From the NCBI GenBank assembly GCA_012718975.1, contig JAAYBF010000185.1:66-64065 (forward strand): a DNA stretch of 64,000 nucleotides, read 5' to 3'. Positions 17,639 to 26,467 of this stretch are shown here, in pieces (position 1 is the first letter of the stretch; every line of letters begins with the position of its first letter). The notes below the pieces were generated by a model that made no database searches, was not told the origin of the DNA, and saw only the letters and a program-made list of their open reading frames with translations. This DNA is from Solirubrobacterales bacterium. GTDB lineage: Bacteria; Actinomycetota; Thermoleophilia; Solirubrobacterales; Thermoleophilaceae. The translations under genes and the position numbers were made by a program.

Positions 17639-18653
17639 TGGCGGCCTCCCTTGCGGCGGCCATCTCGGCGGCCACCTCGATGATCAGGTCCTCCTGCCCG
17701 CCGACGGCCTTGCGCCGGCCGATCTCGAGCAGGATGTCGCTGGCGCGGACGCCGAAGCGCTCCTCGGCGCGGCGCGCGTGCAGCAGGAACGACGAGTAGA
17801 CGCCCGCGTAGCCGAGCACGAGGCTGTCGCGGTCGACGATCTGCTCGCGCGGCATCAGCGGCGCGACGACGTCCTCGGCGACGTCGGCGATCTTCAGCGG
17901 GTCGACGCCGGTCTCGATGCCCATCCGCGCGCAGGCGGCGACGAGGATCTCGGTCGGCGTGTTGCCGGCGCCGGCGCCGAGCCCGCGCGTGCAGGCGTCG
18001 ATCCAGCGGGCGCCGGCGTCGATCGCGGCGAGCGAGTTGCCGACGCCGAGCGACAGGTTCTGGTGGCCGTGGAAGCCGACGGCGACCTCGTCGGGCAGCG
18101 CGTCGCGCAGCGCGCCGACGCGGGCGGCGGCGGTGTCGGGCACCAGCGCCCCGGCGGAGTCGGTGACGTAGACGACCTCGGCGCCGGCCTCGGCCATGAT
18201 CGCCGCCTGGCGGGCGAGCTCGTCCGGCTCGGTCATGTGGGCCATCATCAGGAAGCCGATCGCGGTCATCCCGAGCTCGCGGGCGAGCCCGAGGTGCTGG
18301 ATCGAGATGTCGGCCTCGGTGCTGTGGGTGGCGATCCGGACGACCGCGGCGCCGAGCTCGCGGGCCCGCTTGAGGTCGTCCTTGGTGCCGATCCCGGGCA
18401 GCAGCAGCACGGCGAGCCGGGCGTCGTCCATCGCCTCGCGGGCGGCGGTCAGCAGCTCGAGCTCGTCGGTGCCGGAGAAGCCGTAGTTGAACGAGGAGCC
18501 GGCGAGGCCGTCGCCGTGGGCGACCTCGATCACCGGCACGCCGCAGCCGTCGAGCGCCCCCGCGACCGCGCTGACCTGCTCGCGCGTGTACTGGTGGCGC
18601 ATCGGGTGGCTGCCGTCGCGCAGCGTCGAGTCGCAGAGCGTGATCGCGGTCAC
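17631..18653 (-). CDS. 4-hydroxy-2-oxovalerate aldolase
   Basis: Starts [19 protein letters not shown] and contains [23 protein letters not shown], a DmpG/MhpE/BphI-type sequence. GTGA overlap. Confidence 0.92.
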   Translation of the reverse strand: MTAITLCDSTLRDGSHPMRHQYTREQVSAVAGALDGCGVPVIEVAHGDGLAGSSFNYGFSGTDELELLTAAREAMDDARLAVLLLPGIGTKDDLKRARELGAAVVRIATHSTEADISIQHLGLARELGMTAIGFLMMAHMTEPDELARQAAIMAEAGAEVVYVTDSAGALVPDTAAARVGALRDALPDEVAVGFHGHQNLSLGVGNSLAAIDAGARWIDACTRGLGAGAGNTPTEILVAACARMGIETGVDPLKIADVAEDVVAPLMPREQIVDRDSLVLGYAGVYSSFLLHARRAEERFGVRASDILLEIGRRKAVGGQEDLIIEVAAEMAAAREAASA

Positions 18654-19528
18654 GACGCCACCGCCTCGACCTGGGCGAGCTCCTCGCCGACGCGGACGGC
18701 GGCGGCGGTCATGATGTCGAGGTTGCCGGCGTAGGGCGGCAGGTAGTCGCCGGCGCCCTCGACCTCGATGAAGACCGCGACGCGGTCGTCGTCGAAGACC
18801 GGCTCGCCGCGCAGGCGGTAGCCGGGAACGTAGCCCTGGACGCGCGCGGCCATCGCCTGGATGCTCTCCGCGATCGCGTCGCGGTCGGCGCCGGGCGTGA
18901 GCGCGCAGAACACGGTGTTGCGCATCAGGATCTCCGGCTCGGCGGGGTTGAGGATGATGATCGCCTTGCTGTCGCGGGCGCCGCCGATGTCGGCGACCCC
19001 ACCGGCGGTCGTACGGGTGAACTCGTCGATGTTCTGGCGCGTGCCGGGGCCGGCGCTGGAGCTGGAGATCGTCGCGACGATCTCGGCGTAGGGCACCTCG
19101 GTCGCGGCGCTGACAGCGGCGACGATCGGGATCGTCGCCTGCCCGCCGCAGGTGATCAGGTTGACGTCGGGGGCCGAGCGATGCTCGTCGAGGTTGACGA
19201 CCGGGACGACGCCGGGGCCGAGCTTGGCGGGCGTCAGGTCGATCGACTGCACGCCGACGGCGGCGAGCTTCTCGGCGTGGACGACGTGGGCGGACGCGGA
19301 GGTGGCGTCGAAGGCCATCGCGACCGAGTCGGCGTTGTCGACGAGCCAGTCGATCCCCTCGTGGGAGGTCTCCAGCCCGGCGGCGCGGGCGCGGGCGAGG
19401 CCGTCGGACTCCGGGTCGATGCCGACCATCGCGACCGGCTCGAGCCGCTCGGAGCGCGACAGCTTGGCCATCAGGTCGGTGCCGATGTTGCCCGAGCCGA
19501 CGATCGCGCAGGGGACGCGTTCGCTCAT
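18650..19528 (-). CDS. Acetaldehyde dehydrogenase (acetylating)
   Basis: Starts [16 protein letters not shown] and contains [12 protein letters not shown], a DmpF/MhpF/BphJ-type sequence. ATGA overlap. Confidence 0.92.
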   Translation of the reverse strand: MSERVPCAIVGSGNIGTDLMAKLSRSERLEPVAMVGIDPESDGLARARAAGLETSHEGIDWLVDNADSVAMAFDATSASAHVVHAEKLAAVGVQSIDLTPAKLGPGVVPVVNLDEHRSAPDVNLITCGGQATIPIVAAVSAATEVPYAEIVATISSSSAGPGTRQNIDEFTRTTAGGVADIGGARDSKAIIILNPAEPEILMRNTVFCALTPGADRDAIAESIQAMAARVQGYVPGYRLRGEPVFDDDRVAVFIEVEGAGDYLPPYAGNLDIMTAAAVRVGEELAQVEAVAS

Positions 19529-20346
19529 GCCTGTTCCTCCTGGGAGACGAAGCGGACGCCGACCGACCCGAGGTGGGCGAACTCGGCGGTGACGGAGCTG
19601 CCGGCCACGACGGGGGCGGCGGCGTGCAGCGCCCCGGCGAGCACGACGTCGCCGGCGCGCAGGCCGTCGCCGTAGGCGCCGAGCGTGTTGGCCAGCCAGG
19701 CGAGGCAGCGCACGGGGTTGCCGAGCACGGCGGCGCCGGCGCCGGTCGCGGTGACGGTGCCGTCGATCGTCAGCGCCATGCCGCAGAGGCGGAGGTCGAG
19801 CGCGGTCGGCTCGAGCATCCGCCCGCCGAGCACGCAGCGGGCCGAGGAGGCGTTGTCGGCGATCGTGTCGGCGAGGGTGATCTTCCAGTCGGCGACGCGG
19901 CTGTCGATGATCTCGATCGCCGGGAGCACGCCCGCGATCGCGCGCAGGGCGGCGGAGACGTCGACGCCTGGCCCGGCGAGGTCGGTGCCGAGCACGAAGG
20001 CCAGCTCGGCCTCGACGCGCGGCGCGACCAGCTCACCGACCTCGACGGCGTCGCCGTCGGCGACCATCATGTTGTCGAAGAGGACGCCGTAGTCGGGGCT
20101 GTCGACCCCGAGCTGGCGCTGCATCGCGGCCGAGGTCAGCCCGACCTTGCGCCCGACGATCCGCTCGCCGCCGGCGAGCCGGCGGGCGGTGTTCAGCCCC
20201 TGGATCGCGTAGGCGTCCTCGATCGTCAGCCCCGGCGCGGTCTCGGTCAGCGCGGCGATCCCGACCCGGGCCTCCTCCGCGTCGAACAGCGCGTTGGCAA
20301 GCTCCTGCCGCACCGCGGCCCCAACGGTTGCGTTGTCGTGCTCCAT
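19525..20346 (-). CDS. 2-keto-4-pentenoate hydratase family protein (copy B), first gene of the meta-cleavage operon
   Basis: ATG at 20346 (MEHDNATV...). Contains [14 protein letters not shown] and [10 protein letters not shown]. The track ORF 19525..20499 over-extends across the operator. Confidence 0.85.
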   Translation of the reverse strand: MEHDNATVGAAVRQELANALFDAEEARVGIAALTETAPGLTIEDAYAIQGLNTARRLAGGERIVGRKVGLTSAAMQRQLGVDSPDYGVLFDNMMVADGDAVEVGELVAPRVEAELAFVLGTDLAGPGVDVSAALRAIAGVLPAIEIIDSRVADWKITLADTIADNASSARCVLGGRMLEPTALDLRLCGMALTIDGTVTATGAGAAVLGNPVRCLAWLANTLGAYGDGLRAGDVVLAGALHAAAPVVAGSSVTAEFAHLGSVGVRFVSQEEQA

Positions 20347-20364
20347 AGCGATGACGCCCAGTAT

Positions 20365-20378
20365 TGCAAACGATTGCT
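20365..20378 (-). promoter_or_regulatory. LacI-type operator-like box (site 3), 19 nt upstream of the meta-cleavage operon
   Basis: TGCAAACGATTGCT, identical to site 2 over 14 nt. The shared flank TCCACCGC follows in both sites. Confidence 0.55.
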
Positions 20379-20525
20379 GAAACGTCCACCGCAAACGTCG
20401 ACCGCGGGTCGACAGCCCGTCGCGACGAGCGGCGGACGCCACCGCGCGCACCCGCCGGCCAGCAGGCGAGAGGCCAGGGAGGCGCTCGCCACCGGCCAAC
20501 GCGGCTGGTGGCCGCCGCGCCGACG

Positions 20526-21734
20526 CTAGAGCAGCATCGCGACGCGCTCGTCGACGCCGAGCAGCGCCTTGCCGTAGACCTCGCGCGCGATCCCGTCATT
20601 GGAGAGCGCGTGGCGGCTGGCGGTCTCGACATCGCGCCAGATCCGCTCGATGCCCGCCACCTGGGCGAACCCGGACGTGCCGTGGGCGTTCATCAGGACG
20701 TCGACCGCCTCGCGGCAGGTCTTGGCGACATAGGCGGTGTCCATCCGGATCCGGCAGCGCTCCATCAGGTCGAGCTGCACGCCGGCGAGCGCCGCCTCGT
20801 CGACGACCGTCGCGGCCCGCTCGGCGACGAGCTGGGCGGCGTTGATCATCGCGGCCGCCTCGGCGACCTGGACCTGGAAGCCGACCGAGTCGGTCTGCGC
20901 CTTGTAGATCGAGGTGGCGATCGCCCGCTTGGGCGCCTTCTCGATCACGTAGTCGAGCGCCGCCAGCGCCATGCCGACCAGCGGCCCGGTGAGCGCGAAG
21001 GTGAGCATGCCGGTGAACGGCGCGCGGTAGAGGACCTCGTCGCGATGCTCGGTGGCGTAGTTGCCCTCGAGCGCGTCGCCGAGCGAGATGACGCGGTGGT
21101 CGGGCACGAACGCCTCCTCGACCACGACGGTGTTCGAGGCGGTGGCACGCATGCCGGCGACGTGCCAGGTGTCCCCGACGGTGAAGTCGTCGGAGGGGAT
21201 CAGCGCCAGGCCCTGGTAGCCGGCTCCGGCGCCGTCGCCGATCGGCACGCCGAGGCTGGCCCATTCGGCGAACTGGGAGCCCGAGGCGTACGGCCACTTG
21301 CCGGTCACGATCAGCCCGCCGTCGGCACGGCGGGTCTCGGCCAGCGGCGGGATGATCCCGACCATCCCGGTGTCCGGGCCGTCGGCCCAGACCTCGGCCT
21401 GCGCGGCGTCCGGGTAGAGACCGGCCATCCACGAGGCGGTGTTCATGATGCCGACCACCCACGCGGTCGACGCGCAGCCGCGCGCGAGCTCGATCGCGAC
21501 CCCGAGCAGGGCGCGCCCGTCGGCCTCGTAGCCACCGAGCCGGCGCGGCGCGGTCAGCCGCAGCAGCCCCGCCTCGCGCACCGCCTCGATGACGCCGTCG
21601 TCGAGGCGGCGGTCACGGTCGGCCTGCGCCGCCGCCGCGGCGAGCTGCGGACGCAGGGCGGCGGCGCGGGCGATCAGCTCGGCCCGGCGCTCGGCCGGGT
21701 CCTCGGCTGTCAGTGGTGGCGGCGTGGCACTCAT
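20526..21734 (-). CDS. Acyl-CoA-dehydrogenase-fold flavin-dependent monooxygenase, oxygenase component (HsaA/HpaH-C2/DszC-like)
   Basis: About 402 aa with ACAD-like N, middle and C domains but the context of a two-component oxygenase. The ATG at 21734 has AGGAG 9 nt upstream; the track start at 21755 is a TTG. Confidence 0.75.
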   Translation of the reverse strand: MSATPPPLTAEDPAERRAELIARAAALRPQLAAAAAQADRDRRLDDGVIEAVREAGLLRLTAPRRLGGYEADGRALLGVAIELARGCASTAWVVGIMNTASWMAGLYPDAAQAEVWADGPDTGMVGIIPPLAETRRADGGLIVTGKWPYASGSQFAEWASLGVPIGDGAGAGYQGLALIPSDDFTVGDTWHVAGMRATASNTVVVEEAFVPDHRVISLGDALEGNYATEHRDEVLYRAPFTGMLTFALTGPLVGMALAALDYVIEKAPKRAIATSIYKAQTDSVGFQVQVAEAAAMINAAQLVAERAATVVDEAALAGVQLDLMERCRIRMDTAYVAKTCREAVDVLMNAHGTSGFAQVAGIERIWRDVETASRHALSNDGIAREVYGKALLGVDERVAMLL

Positions 21735-21777
21735 GCGATCTGCTCCTGAGGTCAATTCTGTGCTTTTAGACGACGAA

Positions 21778-21807
21778 GCGCCACGACGGTCGAGACCGCC
21801 GTGGCGC
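21778..21807 (-). terminator. Intercistronic hairpin between the SBP gene and the monooxygenase gene (attenuator/terminator candidate)
   Basis: GCGCCACG..CGTGGCGC outer stem plus CGGT/ACCG inner stem with a CGAG loop. There is no U-tract. Confidence 0.4.
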
Positions 21808-21828
21808 CCGCGTCCAACTGCTTCGGTA

Positions 21829-23109
21829 CTACCCGTCGCTGGAGTCGCCGCCCGAGCTGTTGGTGAACAGCGGGTCGACCCAGCCCTCGGGGATCCAGTC
21901 GCCCGGGCCGTTGGCGATGCCCGGGGTGTCGAGGTTCGCGTCCGCCTCTGCCCACTCGTCGAGGTTCTCGTCGGTGATCAGGACGCTGCGATAGGTGACG
22001 GTGTTGATGATCGGACCGTCGCCCGCGAGCATCCGCAGGGTGACCTCGGCGATGGTCTTGCCCATGCCGTCGGCCGACAGACCGGTGCCGAACCCGTCGT
22101 AGGTGTCGTTGTTGTTGAGCCAGTAGCCGAGCGAGCCGCGCATCGGCGAGCGGTCGCCGGTCGGCGGGACCGGCCGGCCCGACTCCTCGAAGGCCGCCAT
22201 GGCGCCGGGCGCCATCGCCGCGATGTCGAGGATGCCGTCGATCGGCGCGGGGTTCGACGCGAGGAACTTCAGCGTCTCGGCCTTGGCGATCGCCGACACG
22301 AAGTTGCCGGTGACCTCACCGCCGATCTCGACGTCCGGGCAGTGCGAGAGGACCTCCTCGAAGGCGGCCATGCCGCCGACCTCGGCGCCCGAGCCGGGAA
22401 CCGCGTGGACGACCAGCACGTTGCCCTCGCCGCCCATGATCCGCACGACGGCCGAAGCTGCGGCGGCCGAGGAGTGGAAGATGTTCGACTGGACGTTGAC
22501 CACGTACGGGGAGTCGATGTGGTGGGCGCCGACGACGACCGGGATGCCCTGGTCGGCCGCACGCTTGATCTGCCGCTCGAAGGCGTTGGCCTGGATCGGC
22601 TGGAGGATGATGATGTCCGGCTTCTTGCGCAGCAGAGCCTCGAACTGCTGGATCTGCGCCGCGACGTCGATCGAGTCGGCGGTCGACTGGAAGATCACGT
22701 CGTCGACCATCGGGCTCGCCTTCAGATCCTTCTGGATCTGATCGGTCATCAGCGTCTGGTAGTCGGTGTTCAGCGCCGCCCACTGGATGCCGACCGTGTA
22801 GGGCTCGGACCCGCTCGGCGTCCAGTCGGTCCAGGCGCTCCGGCGCACCGGCTCGAAGTACCCGGCGTACTCCTCCTGGACCTCCTCGGGCAGTTCGCCC
22901 AGGACGTCGTCCGGGTCCTCGGGCGGCTTGAGCTCGGCGTAGCCACACTCGTTGGCGGCCGGGAACTCCGCCAGCGACAGCTCGCCGCTGTCCGCCGTAG
23001 TGGAGCTCGTCGAGGCGCCAGAGCCGCCTCCGTCATCGTCCCCGCCGCACGCGGCGAGGCCAAGCGCAGCCGCTATGAACAGAAGCGGTACAGCCAAGCG
23101 TAGCTTCAC
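21829..23109 (-). CDS. Periplasmic-binding-protein type I solute-binding lipoprotein (sugar/ribose-type fold), orphan
   Basis: The GTG at 23109 is preceded by AAGGAG. It has a lipobox LGLAAC followed by a Gly/Ser/Asp linker and a PBP1-like body (IIILQPI..., VVVGAHHID, VLVVHAVPGSG). No permease or ATPase gene is adjacent. Confidence 0.75.
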   Translation of the reverse strand: MKLRLAVPLLFIAAALGLAACGGDDDGGGSGASTSSTTADSGELSLAEFPAANECGYAELKPPEDPDDVLGELPEEVQEEYAGYFEPVRRSAWTDWTPSGSEPYTVGIQWAALNTDYQTLMTDQIQKDLKASPMVDDVIFQSTADSIDVAAQIQQFEALLRKKPDIIILQPIQANAFERQIKRAADQGIPVVVGAHHIDSPYVVNVQSNIFHSSAAAASAVVRIMGGEGNVLVVHAVPGSGAEVGGMAAFEEVLSHCPDVEIGGEVTGNFVSAIAKAETLKFLASNPAPIDGILDIAAMAPGAMAAFEESGRPVPPTGDRSPMRGSLGYWLNNNDTYDGFGTGLSADGMGKTIAEVTLRMLAGDGPIINTVTYRSVLITDENLDEWAEADANLDTPGIANGPGDWIPEGWVDPLFTNSSGGDSSDG

Positions 23110-23132
23110 CTCAGTCTCCTTCAAGGCTCGAC

Positions 23133-23146
23133 AGCAAACGATTGCA
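23133..23146 (-). promoter_or_regulatory. LacI-type operator-like box (site 4), 24 nt upstream of the SBP start
   Basis: AGCAAACGATTGCA; its reverse complement contains GCAATCGTTTGC. Confidence 0.55.
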
Positions 23147-23208
23147 TAGTCGCACCTGCGTTACGGGGTGTCAAGCCGCGACCACCCGATCCCGGGCGGC
23201 GAGGGCCG

Positions 23209-25353
23209 CTAGGCCTCGCTCAGGCCATAGCGCAGGTAGAGCCGGCGCAGCGGCGCCGGCGCCCACCAGTTCCAGTCGCCGAGCAGCCGCATCAGGGCCG
23301 GCACCAGCAGCGCGCGGACGATCGTCGCGTCGATCAGGACCCCGAACGCCATCCCGATCGCGATCTGCTTGACGAAGAAGACCGAGCTGACCGCGAAGGC
23401 GAGGAAGACGACCGCGATCGCCAGCGCCGCGACGGTGATCACCCGGCCCGTCTTGGCGATCCCGAGCGCCACCGCCTCCTCGTTGTCGAGGCCGGCGTCG
23501 TGGTGCTCCTTGATGCGCGCCATCACGAGCACGGCGTAGTCGGTCGCGAGGCCGAAGATCACCGCGAAGAGGAAGACCAGGCTCGTCGTCTCGACCGCGC
23601 TGGGACCGCTGTAGCCGAGCACGCCGTGCAGCAGCCCGTCCTGGAAGGCGAGCACCAGGATGCCGAGCGTCGCCCCGAGCGTCAGCACGTTCATCAGCAG
23701 CGTCTTGAGCGGCAGCAGGACCGAGCCGGTGAGCATGAACAGCAGGATCAGCGTGGCCGCCGCTACGAGCGCCACGACCAGCGGCGCGTGCGCGAGCAGG
23801 CTCTCCTTCTGGTCGATGAAGCGGGCGGTGTTGCCCGAGACGAGGGTGGTCGCGGCCCCCGGGGGCTCGAGCGCGCGGATCGCCGCGACCGCGTCCTGAG
23901 CGGCCCCCTCCAGCGCCGGCCCGGCGAGCGCGAGGTTCGCGTAGGCGAGGTCGCCGCCGTCGGCGCGGGCGAACGGGGCCATCCGGACGACTCCGTCGAC
24001 GACCTCGACCCGGCGCTGGAACGCCGCCAGCTCGCGCGCGCCGGCCTCGCCGCTGACCACGACCGTGACCGCCTCGACGACGTCGCGCGGATAGTGGGCC
24101 TCGAGGTACTCCTTCGCGTCGTAGGACGGCTGGCCGGGCGGGACGGCCTCCGAGCTGGGGCCGGTCAGCGTCGTCCAGAGCAACGGCGAGGCGGCGGCCA
24201 GCATGATCGCCGTGCTCGCCAGCGCGGCGGCGACCGGCCGGCGCATCACCCCGCGCGCCAGCCGGTACCAGCCGCCCGATCCGTCCGTCGTCGCCGCCGC
24301 GCCGCGGCCGCGGCGGATCGAGAGGGCGTCGATGCGCGTGCCCAGCAGGGACAGCAGCGACGGCACGACGAGGATCGCGATGACCGCCGAGAGGATCCCG
24401 ACCGCCGCCCCGGCGACGGCCATCGAGTAGAGGAACCGCTGCGGCATGACGATCAGCGCGGCGAGCGCGGCGGCGACCGTGAAGCCGGAGAAGACGGCGG
24501 TGCGGCCCGCCGTCAGCACCGTGTTGCGGTGCGCCTCGATCGTCGGGCCGTGACGCGCGAGCTCCTCGCGGTAGCGCGAGACCATCAGCAGCGCGTAGTC
24601 GACCGCGAGGCCGAGGCTGAGGCCGGTGGCGATGTTCAGCGCGAACAGCGAGGTGTCGACGAAACCCGCCATCACGCGCAGCACGAGCAGCGTGCCGACG
24701 ATCGAGAGCACGCCGATCGCCAGCGGGATCGCCGCGGCGACCACGCCGCGGAAGACGACGAGCAGCAGCAGGGCGAGGATCGGGAAGGCGATCAGCTCGG
24801 AGGTGAGCAGGTCGGCGCGGGTCTGGTCGTTGGTCTCGTTGAAGCCGGGGGCGAAGCCGCCGACGGCGACGTCGAGATCGCTGGCCGCGGCGATCGGCTG
24901 GACTCCCTCCGCGGCGACGCCGCCGGCATCCTCGACGTCGACGGTGTCGAGGTGGGCGGTGACGACCAGCGAGCGGCCGTCCTCGGCGATCAGCGCGGCG
25001 CCGGCGCGGCGGTCCTCGAGCGGGTTGACGACCCGGCCCACGTGCTCGACCTCGGCGGCGCCGGCCGCGAGCCTGGCGACCTCGCTGCGCACCTCCGGCG
25101 CACGCACGTCGAGGCGTCCGCCGTCCGGGTCGGTCACGACGAGCGCGATCGCCGGGTTCGGGTCGAAGCCGAGCCGCTCGCCGAGCAGCGCGGTGGCGCG
25201 CTCGCTCTCGGAGGAGCTGTCGGTGAAGCCGGCCGCCTTGAGGTGGTGCTCGACGTCGCGGCCGAAGGCGATCGCGAGCACCGCGACGAGGCCGACGAGG
25301 CCGAGGACGAGCTTGGGGCGGCGCCAGGTGATGTCGGCGATCCGGGCGAGCAT
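23209..25353 (-). CDS. MMPL-family (RND superfamily) membrane transporter
   Basis: Two blocks of multiple TM helices separated by soluble loops, with a typical N-terminus WRRPKLVLGLVGLVAVLAIAFG. I prefer the start at 25353 (MLARIADITW) because the track start at 25395 lies inside the operator palindrome. Confidence 0.85.
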   Translation of the reverse strand: MLARIADITWRRPKLVLGLVGLVAVLAIAFGRDVEHHLKAAGFTDSSSESERATALLGERLGFDPNPAIALVVTDPDGGRLDVRAPEVRSEVARLAAGAAEVEHVGRVVNPLEDRRAGAALIAEDGRSLVVTAHLDTVDVEDAGGVAAEGVQPIAAASDLDVAVGGFAPGFNETNDQTRADLLTSELIAFPILALLLLVVFRGVVAAAIPLAIGVLSIVGTLLVLRVMAGFVDTSLFALNIATGLSLGLAVDYALLMVSRYREELARHGPTIEAHRNTVLTAGRTAVFSGFTVAAALAALIVMPQRFLYSMAVAGAAVGILSAVIAILVVPSLLSLLGTRIDALSIRRGRGAAATTDGSGGWYRLARGVMRRPVAAALASTAIMLAAASPLLWTTLTGPSSEAVPPGQPSYDAKEYLEAHYPRDVVEAVTVVVSGEAGARELAAFQRRVEVVDGVVRMAPFARADGGDLAYANLALAGPALEGAAQDAVAAIRALEPPGAATTLVSGNTARFIDQKESLLAHAPLVVALVAAATLILLFMLTGSVLLPLKTLLMNVLTLGATLGILVLAFQDGLLHGVLGYSGPSAVETTSLVFLFAVIFGLATDYAVLVMARIKEHHDAGLDNEEAVALGIAKTGRVITVAALAIAVVFLAFAVSSVFFVKQIAIGMAFGVLIDATIVRALLVPALMRLLGDWNWWAPAPLRRLYLRYGLSEA

Positions 25354-25374
25354 GGCGCCGGACGGTACCAAAGT

Positions 25375-25393
25375 GAGTTCCAAAATGGAACTC
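25375..25393. promoter_or_regulatory. Perfect palindrome GAGTTCCA-AAA-TGGAACTC in the mmpL/hxlR divergent region
   Basis: 8-bp arms with a 3-nt spacer, read directly. It is AT-richer than its surroundings and lies 22 nt upstream of the preferred mmpL start and 41 nt upstream of hxlR. Confidence 0.5.
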
Positions 25394-25433
25394 ATAAGTT
25401 TGGATCGGGAACCCGCTCGCTAGGATCGGAGGG

Positions 25434-25940
25434 GTGACACGGCCGCAACTGGACGAGATGAACTGCGCGATCGCCCGCACCCTCGACGTGATCGGCGACC
25501 GCTGGACCGGCCTGATCCTGCGCGACGTGTCGCTCGGAATCACCCGCTTCGACGCGATCCAGCGCGACCTCGGGATCTCCCGCCGGGTGCTCAGCGAGCG
25601 GCTCGCCACGATGGTCGACCACGGCATCCTCCAGCGCGTCGCCTACCAGACCGCCCCCGCCCGCTACGACTACTTCCCGACCGAGAAGGGCGCCGACCTC
25701 GGCCTCGTCCTGCTCGCGATGCAGGCCTGGGGCAACCGCTGGCTCTTCGACGACGAGGAGGTCCCGCTGCTGCTACGCCACGCCTCATGCGGCAACGAGG
25801 TCAGCCCGCAGATCGCCTGCCCGGAGTGCGGCGAGGAGCTGCGCCCCCAGGACATCGTCCCCGTGCCCGGCCCCGGCGGCGTCGACGACAGCGCCGAGCT
25901 GACCGCCGCGCTCGAGCGCTGGAGCCAGCCGGGCGGCTAG
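25434..25940 (+). CDS. HxlR-family winged-helix transcriptional regulator with a Cys/His-containing C-terminal extension
   Basis: Contains CAIARTLDVIGDRWTGLILRDV...RFDAIQRDLGISRRVLSERL...YFPTEKG, a canonical HxlR core. A tail of about 60 aa contains HASCGNEVSPQIACPEC. The start is GTG 25434 or ATG 25458. Confidence 0.85.
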   Translation: MTRPQLDEMNCAIARTLDVIGDRWTGLILRDVSLGITRFDAIQRDLGISRRVLSERLATMVDHGILQRVAYQTAPARYDYFPTEKGADLGLVLLAMQAWGNRWLFDDEEVPLLLRHASCGNEVSPQIACPECGEELRPQDIVPVPGPGGVDDSAELTAALERWSQPGG

Positions 25941-26467
25941 GCGCCGCCGGCGGCGGTGGGAGCGGTGGGGTCGCCGCCCTCGTCGCCGGGGTGCTCGCGA
26001 GCGATGAAGTCCTCGATGTCGGACCAGCGGTCGGTCGCGCGCTCGGCGATCGCGAGCAGATCGGACATCGTCGCGATCTCCTCGACCTGCTCCTTGAGGA
26101 ACCACTGGACGAACTGCTCGCTGACGTAGTCGTTGGCCTCGCGGGCGATCGCGGCGAGGCCGGAGATCTGGTCGGTGACCCGCTTCTCCTGCTCGAGCGC
26201 GAGCGCGATCGGGGCGACGACATCGTCGAAGTCGGTCCGCGGCGCCTCGACGCCCGGGATCGTCGGCGTCTCACCCGCGTCGAGCAGGTACTGGACCATC
26301 ATCATCGCGTGGCCGCGCTCCTCGAGCGCCTGGCGGTAGAAGAAGCTCGCGAGCTGCGGCAACGTGAGCGAGTCGTAGTAGACCGCGACGGCTACGTACT
26401 GCTGGTGAGCGGCGTACTCCCGCCCGATCTGCTCGTTGAGCTCCGACACGAACTGCTCAGCCGGCAT
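25937..26467 (-). CDS. Ferritin (non-haem, Ftn-like)
   Basis: 176 aa containing LNEQIGREYAAHQQYVAVAVYY...ALEERGHAMMMVQYL...ALEQEKRVTDQI...EQFVQWFLKEQVEE (di-iron ligand pattern). Confidence 0.88.
   Translation of the reverse strand: MPAEQFVSELNEQIGREYAAHQQYVAVAVYYDSLTLPQLASFFYRQALEERGHAMMMVQYLLDAGETPTIPGVEAPRTDFDDVVAPIALALEQEKRVTDQISGLAAIAREANDYVSEQFVQWFLKEQVEEIATMSDLLAIAERATDRWSDIEDFIAREHPGDEGGDPTAPTAAGGA

Noticed and set aside
25937-25940. Convergent genes sharing a palindromic CTAG so that both stop codons overlap. The same arrangement occurs at 43558..43561.
   Set aside because: It is real in the sequence but is a trivial consequence of compact convergent genes ending in TAG. No function is implied.
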